This document shows, one piece after another, positions 57,961-64,000 of a stretch of 64,000 nucleotides of DNA; position 1 is the first letter of the stretch; every line of letters begins with the position of its first letter. Made by a program: the position numbers and the translations under genes. The notes under the pieces were generated by a model that did no database searches, was not told where the DNA came from, and saw nothing but the letters and a program-made list of their open reading frames with translations. The DNA comes from a candidate division Kazan bacterium RIFCSPHIGHO2_01_FULL_44_14 (lineage in GTDB: Bacteria; Patescibacteriota; Kazan-3B-28): NCBI GenBank assembly GCA_001771185.1, contig METB01000001.1, positions 631,200 to 695,199 on the forward strand, written 5' to 3'.

Positions 57961-59148
57961 ATGAGGCCTTATCACCGACAAGATTATTATTTAGCAGTTA
58001 CCACTTTTGTATTGGTGATATTTGGTTTGATTATGGTGGCTTCGGCTTCGGTGGTGGAATCGTATACGGCGACCGGCTCTAATAATTATTATTTTCTGCG
58101 CCAGGCCGGGTTTGCGGGAGTGGGACTAATTTTGTGGTGGTTTTTACAAAAGTTGGATTATCGGTTTTGGAAACGCTGGGCGGGAACACTGTTAATTATC
58201 GCTGGGGTTTTGTTGGTATTAGTGTTAATTCCAGGCGTTGGAGTTGAGGCCGGTGGAGCCAGGCGGTGGATTGGATTTGGTAATTTTACTTTACAGGCCA
58301 GTGAGTTTGCCAAATTTGCTCTAATCGTTTATTTGGCATATTGGTTTGAGCGGAAAGGGCGGGAAATTACGGATTTATATAAAACCTTTCTACCGTTCGT
58401 GGGGCTACTATTGGCAATGTTTTTCTTGGTGATTCAAGAACCTGATTTGGGCACGGCTTTGGTGATGGCTGCGATTGCTGGGACGATGTATTTAGTCGCC
58501 GGAGCAAGTTGGGGTCAAGTTGGCACTTTGTTGGGGGGTGGTGTGGTGGCAGTACTGCTTCTGATTAAAGTAGCACCTTATCGGTTACGGCGGTTGCTGA
58601 CTTTCTTGAATCCGGGGGCCGATCCGCTGGGGGCGGGATATCACATCAACCAAGCTCTGCTGGCAATCGGCTCGGGCGGTATTTTCGGGCTGGGGTATGG
58701 TCATAGTCGGCAAAAGTACAATTTTTTGCCGGAACCGTCATCTGACTCAATTTTTGCTATCATAGGAGAGGAGTTGGGTCTGATTGGGGCAGTGTTTCTG
58801 GTGATTATCCCTTTTGCAATCATCGTTTGGCGGGGTCTATTGGTGGCTCGGAAAGCCCCTGATATGTTCGGTCGGATGATGGCGTTGGGACTAACTTGCT
58901 GGATTGGATATCAGGCAGTAATTAATATCGGGGCAATCGTTGGGTTGTTTCCGCTCACGGGAGTGCCGTTGCCGTTCATTAGCTTGGGAGGCAGTTCGTT
59001 GGTAGTAATGCTGGCAGCTTCGGGAGTATTACTTAATATTTCTAAGCAGACAGTAAAAAGCAGTGAAGATGAAAATCCTTTTAGTTGGTGGTGGAACTGG
59101 TGGGCACGTTATGCCAACTCTAGCGGTCGCCGCGCAGTTAAAAGATAA
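57961..59148 (+). CDS. ftsW: Peptidoglycan glycosyltransferase FtsW (SEDS family)
   Basis: It is polytopic with SEDS motifs. The 3' end overlaps murG by 86 nt in another frame. Confidence 0.85.
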   Translation: MRPYHRQDYYLAVTTFVLVIFGLIMVASASVVESYTATGSNNYYFLRQAGFAGVGLILWWFLQKLDYRFWKRWAGTLLIIAGVLLVLVLIPGVGVEAGGARRWIGFGNFTLQASEFAKFALIVYLAYWFERKGREITDLYKTFLPFVGLLLAMFFLVIQEPDLGTALVMAAIAGTMYLVAGASWGQVGTLLGGGVVAVLLLIKVAPYRLRRLLTFLNPGADPLGAGYHINQALLAIGSGGIFGLGYGHSRQKYNFLPEPSSDSIFAIIGEELGLIGAVFLVIIPFAIIVWRGLLVARKAPDMFGRMMALGLTCWIGYQAVINIGAIVGLFPLTGVPLPFISLGGSSLVVMLAASGVLLNISKQTVKSSEDENPFSWWWNWWARYANSSGRRAVKR

Positions 59149-60184
59149 ACTGCCGGACAGCGACTTGTTGTATGTTGGTTCTCGGATGCCAGCAGACCGT
59201 CAATTAGTGGAAACGGCCGGTTTAGTGTTTCAGCCGATTACGACTGGTAAGTTGCGCCGGTATTGGTCGTGGAAAAATTTTATTGATGGATTCAAATTTT
59301 TGACCGGACTAACTCAAGCCAAACGAATAGTGAGAGATTTTCAGCCGGACGTAGTGTTTGCCAAGGGTGGTTATGTGGCATTACCAGTGGTTTTGGCGGC
59401 ACATCAACAAAAGATTCCAGTAGTAATCCATGAATCCGACAGCCGGTTAGGACTGGCTAACCGGTTGGCCATTCCCTCGGCGACTAAAGTAGCAGTTGCG
59501 TTTCCGATTGAGGAATATTTTAAGTGTCAGCCCGGTTTGGGAAAATATCGGGCCAAGTTTATTTATACCGGGTTGCCATTGCCTGATTCTTTGATGATTG
59601 GAGAGGACAAGTCGTTGTTTGCTAATTCTAAACCCACTATTCTAGTAACCGGTGGATCGCAAGGAGCTCGGGCAATTAATCAGGCCGTCTGGAACGGCTT
59701 ACCCGAACTGTTGGCTAAGTATAATGTGGTTCATCAGGTTGGAACGGGGGGGGTGGCCGAAGCCGATCAGAGGCGGCAGGCGCTCCCGGCCGGGCTAGAT
59801 GCGAGTTATTTGCCATTCGATTTTGATGCCGAATTTTATCAACGAGCATTGCGGTCGGCGGACTTGGTGGTAGCCCGGGCCGGTTCGATGGTGTTTGAAT
59901 TGCAGGCATTAGGGAAACCAGCGATTTTAATCCCATTGCCGCATTCGGCGAACGATCACCAGCATCGCAATGCTAAATTTTTAGTAGAGCATCAGGCAGC
60001 GGTTGCCATTAATCAGCGTGATTTAACGGCTGATGGACTGTTGGCCGTGATTGAACAAGTCATGAGTGATGTTAAGTTAAGGCAGGAGTTATCGGATAAT
60101 TTAGCAGAACTGGGCAAGATTAATTTGGCAGCCAGCCGAGTATTGGCGGATCTAGTTATTAAGATTGGACGGCATGAAATATAA
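59063..60184 (+). CDS. murG: UDP-GlcNAc:lipid I N-acetylglucosaminyltransferase
   Basis: It has the GGGTGGHVMP G-loop and a GT28 C-terminal domain. Confidence 0.85.
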   Translation: MKMKILLVGGGTGGHVMPTLAVAAQLKDKLPDSDLLYVGSRMPADRQLVETAGLVFQPITTGKLRRYWSWKNFIDGFKFLTGLTQAKRIVRDFQPDVVFAKGGYVALPVVLAAHQQKIPVVIHESDSRLGLANRLAIPSATKVAVAFPIEEYFKCQPGLGKYRAKFIYTGLPLPDSLMIGEDKSLFANSKPTILVTGGSQGARAINQAVWNGLPELLAKYNVVHQVGTGGVAEADQRRQALPAGLDASYLPFDFDAEFYQRALRSADLVVARAGSMVFELQALGKPAILIPLPHSANDHQHRNAKFLVEHQAAVAINQRDLTADGLLAVIEQVMSDVKLRQELSDNLAELGKINLAASRVLADLVIKIGRHEI

Positions 60185-60770
60185 TTTACCACGCTTAGGA
60201 CGGCAAATCGTCGGGGGACTGTTAGTTTTGGTTAGCTTATTTGTGCTAATAAATTGGCAATTTTTTGTTACACAAGTGGGTTTTTGGTGGCAACGCGATG
60301 TTTTACACCGAGTAGTTACTTTGGCGCCAATCATAACTGGGACGCCAGATACGGTGCAGATTCCGGGATTAGGAATTACGGCTCCGCTGGTTTATGTTGA
60401 CGATACGGATGTGCGAACATTTCAGACCGGTTTGGCCAATGGGGTAGTGCATTATCCTGATACGGCCAATCCGGGTGGACCGGGAAACGCGTTTTATTTT
60501 GGACATTCATCCGACTATATCAGCAAACCAGGGCATTATAAAACCGTGTTTGCATTACTGCCCCAGATTAATTTGAATGATGAGATATTGATTACCAACC
60601 AGCAGGGCCGATTATTTTCATATCGAGTCATCAGCAAACAAATCGTGTCGGCAACAGCAACGGAATGGCTTGACCAAGGTGATAACCACAGACGATTGCT
60701 GACTTTGCAGACATCTTATCCGATTGGAACAGCATTAAAGCGTTATATTGTTCAAGCAGAGATGAATTAA
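60165..60770 (+). CDS. Sortase-family protein with Ser in place of the catalytic Cys (the protein has no Cys)
   Basis: It has an N-terminal TM, a His box FYFGHSSDY, LLTLQTSYP in place of TLxTC, and a conserved Arg in KRYIVQAE. Confidence 0.55.
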   Translation: MDGMKYNLPRLGRQIVGGLLVLVSLFVLINWQFFVTQVGFWWQRDVLHRVVTLAPIITGTPDTVQIPGLGITAPLVYVDDTDVRTFQTGLANGVVHYPDTANPGGPGNAFYFGHSSDYISKPGHYKTVFALLPQINLNDEILITNQQGRLFSYRVISKQIVSATATEWLDQGDNHRRLLTLQTSYPIGTALKRYIVQAEMN

Positions 60771-60892
60771 TGACAAATGATAAATGGGAGATAAGTGATA
60801 AGTGAGGGAGAAAGAGTTAAGAGTTAAAATGATAAACTCTAAGTACGAAATAACAGATAAATTAAGATTCAACGTTCTAGAACCTCTTCTCG

Positions 60893-61026
60893 TCATTCCA
60901 GATCCGCCATCCGCCAACTGGCGGAGGCGGAAGTCCGGGATCCAGTAAAGAAAATAAAAAATCTATTTCTGTTTTGGTCTGGATTCCCGCGGGCGCGGGA
61001 ATGACAGTAGAGGGGTGGGAATGACA
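60893..61026. repeat. A-family mini-element (gtcattccagatc ... gcgggaatgac)
   Basis: It has the family termini and the internal ccgccaactggcgg hairpin. Confidence 0.7.
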
Positions 61027-61067
61027 AAGAGGATTTGCGATTTGATTAGAAATTAGAAATTATTTTT

Positions 61068-62453
61068 ATGAATATAAAAAACAGGCATTATTTTTTGATT
61101 GGGATTGGCGGGATCGGGATGCAAACAGTGGCTCGGTTGTTGACTGATTCGGGTCACAAGGTGTCGGGATCGGACATAAAGGACTTTGACGCCAGTCGCG
61201 ATTTGAAATGTTTGGGAATGGAAATATTTATCGGTCATGACAAAAACCGTATTACCAAAGAAATTGATGAAGTGATTTATTCAGCAGCTATTCCCGAAAC
61301 CAATCCGGAATTGCAAATGGCTCGGAAGTTAGGGATTACAATCAGGCGGAGGTTGGAGCCAGTGGGGGACTTAATGAAAAGTAAGACCGGGATTGCGATT
61401 GCTGGGACTCATGGTAAGACCACCACTACCACCATGACTGCGCTGATTCTGCAAGCGGCTGGTCGTGATCCGTTGGCATTAATTGGTGCTGAAGTAAAAG
61501 ACGCTCATTCAAATGTGATGTTGGGGCACGGCCCGTTTATGGTGGTAGAGGCCTGTGAATATAGCCGATCATTTTTGGATTTAAGTCCCAAAATCGCTGT
61601 AATCACTAATATCGAAGCAGACCACTTGGATTATTATCGAGACCTAGATGAGATTAAAGATGCTTTTACTGATTTTCTAAAACTACTGCCTAAGGACGGA
61701 ATAATTATTGCTAATGGGGATGATTCAAATGTCCGAGAAGTGGTGGGACGAGTAAACCGGTCGGTGGTGTGGGCTGGTTTGGAGTCAGGCAATGATGTGC
61801 GGGCAACTGATATCGAATTTCGAGAAGGCAGATTATATTTTTCAGTGAATGGGACCAGATTGCATTTGCAAGTGCCTGGCCGACACAATGTCGCTGATGC
61901 GGTGTTGGCGTGGGCGGTGGCGCAATCGGTAGGGATTGATGACCAGACCATCAAACATGTATTGCAGGATGGGTTCAGAGGAGTTCAGCGGCGGTTTGAG
62001 ATATTGGGGACTACTTCGGGGGTTACTTTTGTAGATGACTACGCGCATCATCCGACCGAAATTACGGCAATGCTGGAAGGGGCCAGGGAGTATTTCGGGA
62101 AACGACGATTGTGGGTGGTGTTCCATCCGCACCAGTTTAGTCGGACTCGGATTTTGCTTAATGATTTCGCCCGAAGTTTTCGCAATGCCGATACAGTTTT
62201 GGTGGCGCCAATTTATGCAGTGCGGGATAGTGATGCAGACAAGAAATCGATTGACAGCGAACAATTAGTCGAGGCGATTAACCAAGTTAGCGGCAATGCG
62301 AAATATTTGGGTAACTTTTCAGCAATTGAAGATTTCTTAATTCGGGAATTAAAACCCGGAGATGTGTTGTTAACTCTAGGGGCGGGCGAAGCTAATTTGT
62401 TCGGTCGAGAGCTGTTGGACAAATTAAGACAGCAGTCGCAGGCGGTACTTTGA
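61068..62453 (+). CDS. murC: UDP-N-acetylmuramate--L-alanine ligase
   Basis: It has the N-terminal Rossmann motif IGIGGIGM, the P-loop GTHGKTTTT, and Mur ligase middle and C-terminal domains. Confidence 0.9.
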   Translation: MNIKNRHYFLIGIGGIGMQTVARLLTDSGHKVSGSDIKDFDASRDLKCLGMEIFIGHDKNRITKEIDEVIYSAAIPETNPELQMARKLGITIRRRLEPVGDLMKSKTGIAIAGTHGKTTTTTMTALILQAAGRDPLALIGAEVKDAHSNVMLGHGPFMVVEACEYSRSFLDLSPKIAVITNIEADHLDYYRDLDEIKDAFTDFLKLLPKDGIIIANGDDSNVREVVGRVNRSVVWAGLESGNDVRATDIEFREGRLYFSVNGTRLHLQVPGRHNVADAVLAWAVAQSVGIDDQTIKHVLQDGFRGVQRRFEILGTTSGVTFVDDYAHHPTEITAMLEGAREYFGKRRLWVVFHPHQFSRTRILLNDFARSFRNADTVLVAPIYAVRDSDADKKSIDSEQLVEAINQVSGNAKYLGNFSAIEDFLIRELKPGDVLLTLGAGEANLFGRELLDKLRQQSQAVL

Positions 62454-62458
62454 AGATA

Positions 62459-62537
62459 ATTTCTAATTTTTAATTTCGAATTTCGAATCAAATCCCAATG
62501 ACTGAATGTTTCAAAATTAAGATATTAGGTCATTGAT
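62459..62537. repeat. C-family hairpin element, copy 6 (after murC)
   Basis: atttctaatttttaatttcgaatttcgaatcaaatcccaatgactgaatgtttcaaaattaagatattaggtcattg. Confidence 0.7.
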
Positions 62538-62545
62538 TCAAAGTA

Positions 62546-63421
62546 ATGTTAAAGAGGGGGTTTTCTACTAATTGGTTTACTAAAAAAAAGCGGTCAGCAC
62601 CGTCTCGGGTGGTGTTGTTTAACCAGCAACAAAAATATAATCAGCGAATGCGCGGTAATCTTTTGCGCAAAACCAGCGTCCAATTAACGGCGGCGAAACT
62701 AAGTCGACTGCGAACTCCTGCTAGGTGGTGGTCAAAGGTTCTGGTGGTGTTGGGACTGGGCTTGGTGGGATACCTGCTGTTTGGGACTAATTTATTTGTG
62801 TTGGATACTTTGCGGATTACTGGTACACACTTAACCGAACCCGATGCGATTCAGGCCGTATTGTTCCCGCGGGGGTTTACCAAAATGAATGCATTAACTT
62901 GGTGGGAAAGCCGAGCCAAACACAAAGTCGAATCATTGCCTCAAGTTCAGTTGGTTCACTTTGTGAAAAATTTTATTTCTGACACGTTGACAGTCGAAGT
63001 AACTGAACAGCAAATGGCGGTGGTGTGGCAGACGGCCGGGGAAAAGTTCTTGATTAATCGTCACGGAGTGGCATATGACCGAGCGGAAGAGGGGAACCCA
63101 CTGCTGACAATCGAAGATCTGAAAAATATTCCGATTAGTTTGAATCAGCGGATTGTAACATCGGACTTTATTGATTTTGTGACTAGTTTTGCGGCTAATC
63201 TTCCGCGCAAAACCAATTTGGTGATTCGGCGAATTACCGTGCCAGAGACCACTTTTGAAGTAGAAATGGAAACTAGCGAGGGTTGGAGAATTATTTTAGA
63301 TACGACTGGTAGTTATGACGAACAGCTCAATAATTTGGTCAGAGTATTACAGGAGATGGGGGATAGAAAGCCCAGAGAATATGTGGATTTGAGGGTGGGG
63401 AAGAAAGTGTTTTATAAATGA
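62546..63421 (+). CDS. ftsQ: Cell division protein FtsQ-like (POTRA domain)
   Basis: It has a basic N-terminus, a single TM, and a POTRA-like region, and it sits at the dcw position after murC. The start is uncertain. Confidence 0.65.
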   Translation: MLKRGFSTNWFTKKKRSAPSRVVLFNQQQKYNQRMRGNLLRKTSVQLTAAKLSRLRTPARWWSKVLVVLGLGLVGYLLFGTNLFVLDTLRITGTHLTEPDAIQAVLFPRGFTKMNALTWWESRAKHKVESLPQVQLVHFVKNFISDTLTVEVTEQQMAVVWQTAGEKFLINRHGVAYDRAEEGNPLLTIEDLKNIPISLNQRIVTSDFIDFVTSFAANLPRKTNLVIRRITVPETTFEVEMETSEGWRIILDTTGSYDEQLNNLVRVLQEMGDRKPREYVDLRVGKKVFYK

Positions 63422-63430
63422 CCCGTTAGG

Positions 63431-63570
63431 GTCATCCTCGCGAAGGCGGGGGTCCAGACAGAAACAAAAAATTATTTCTTTTCCCGTCATTCTGAACTTG
63501 CGATGCCCCTCCATCTTGTCCGCCGAAGCCTCGGCGTAGGTTGGAAGCTCGGAGAGCGAAGGATGGGGTT
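63431..63570. repeat. A-family mini-elements (gtcatcctcgcg ... gtcattctgaac ... gttcagaatc)
   Basis: It has the family termini. It contains ccgccgaagcctcggcg, the reverse complement of a segment inside secA (22031-22047). Confidence 0.65.
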
Positions 63571-63588
63571 CAGAATCTTTTTTATTTT

Positions 63589-63815
63589 TTCAAGCGTTCA
63601 CGCCCCGCTTGACCGGGCGGGCACTTTGTCTTGGCAAAGTGCCTCAAACCGCCCCGCCAGTTCGTCGGGTCTATTCATTGGCTAAATCCTTAGGGCGCTC
63701 TCGGCGGTATAGACCGCCTCCGCCCTTCCGTCGGCTGACGGACAGGATTTAGCTCAATTCAGGACGACCCTCCTCCAATGGCGGACGGGAGAGGGGGAAA
63801 AAGACGAATCCACGC
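63589..63815 (+). repeat. D-family structured 3'-end element, copy 6 (after ftsQ)
   Basis: The first 32 nt (ttcaagcgttcacgccccgcttgaccgggcgg) are identical to copy 2. H1 is ggcactttg-tcttg-gcaaagtgcc. The helix gctaaatcct...aggatttagc encloses ggcggt-atag-accgcc, followed by ctcaattcaggacgaccctcctccaatggcgg. Confidence 0.8.
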
Positions 63816-63861
63816 CAAAGGGCCGGTAAAGAGGAAAGGCGCTTCTAGAGCCACTTTTGGC

Positions 63862-63890
63862 TTGACAGTGAATCAGATTAGAAGTATAGT
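63862..63890 (+). promoter_or_regulatory. Promoter (TTGACA-17-TATAGT) homologous to the DGR target promoter
   Basis: ttttggcttgacagtg...gtatagt...gtgtaaggtg aligns with 49431-49490. Confidence 0.5.
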
Positions 63891-64000
63891 TAGAGTGTAA
63901 GGTGTGTAGCTTGAAAACACCTGATAGAGCAGTCCCCGCCGTCTGGCTGGGAGCTGGTTTTGCCTACTAGCCACCGATTCTGTTGTCAACAGGACGGATT

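Noticed and set aside
59063-59148. 86-nt overlap of ftsW and murG as a possible frameshift or fusion
   Set aside because: Both frames give complete, normal-length proteins with their own motifs. Out-of-frame overlap in a compact genome is adequate, though the ftsW C-terminal tail (W-rich) could be checked.

Overview
This is a 64-kb, mostly plus-strand, tightly packed bacterial segment. Roughly 45 % GC, small housekeeping genes and a split division/cell-wall (dcw) cluster make a CPR/Patescibacteria-type genome a plausible source, but that is inference.

Gene content, in order:
- A type IIG restriction-modification enzyme fragment and a NYN nuclease at the left edge.
- Translation and secretion genes: ileS, rplU, lepB (minus strand), tRNA-Val(CAC), rpsB-tsf-frr-uppS, rseP, folD, greA, lysS, serS-secA.
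- Two large surface proteins (a PKD lipoprotein and a 930-aa Ig-like protein with a sortase-type C-terminus).
- prfB with the classical +1 frameshift site, a GIY-YIG nuclease, ftsE/ftsX, an M23 peptidase, ctpA, rplI, glyQS.
- The dcw cluster: mraZ-rsmH-ftsL-like-ftsI-murF-mraY ... murD-ftsW-murG-(sortase-like)-murC-ftsQ. A ~7-kb insertion sits between mraY and murD.

That insertion carries the most striking find: a complete diversity-generating retroelement (DGR). It has a promoter-driven target gene whose 3' variable repeat (VR) differs from a downstream template repeat (TR) at 11 of 123 positions, every one a TR adenine. It also has a hairpin after VR, a divergently oriented Avd-like four-helix-bundle gene, and a reverse transcriptase carrying the DGR-specific LGxxxSQ motif.

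The window is also saturated with small structured repeat families:
- A ~200-nt element present six times, always just 3' of a gene in that gene's orientation, with compensatory base changes in its stems.
- GTCATTC...GGAATGAC inverted-repeat mini-elements.
- An AATGAC hairpin family.
- A tandem structured element between mraZ and rsmH.
- Copies of these elements inserted in-frame, apparently recently, inside ileS, serS, murD and the DGR RT itself.

No rRNA genes and no CRISPR array were found.
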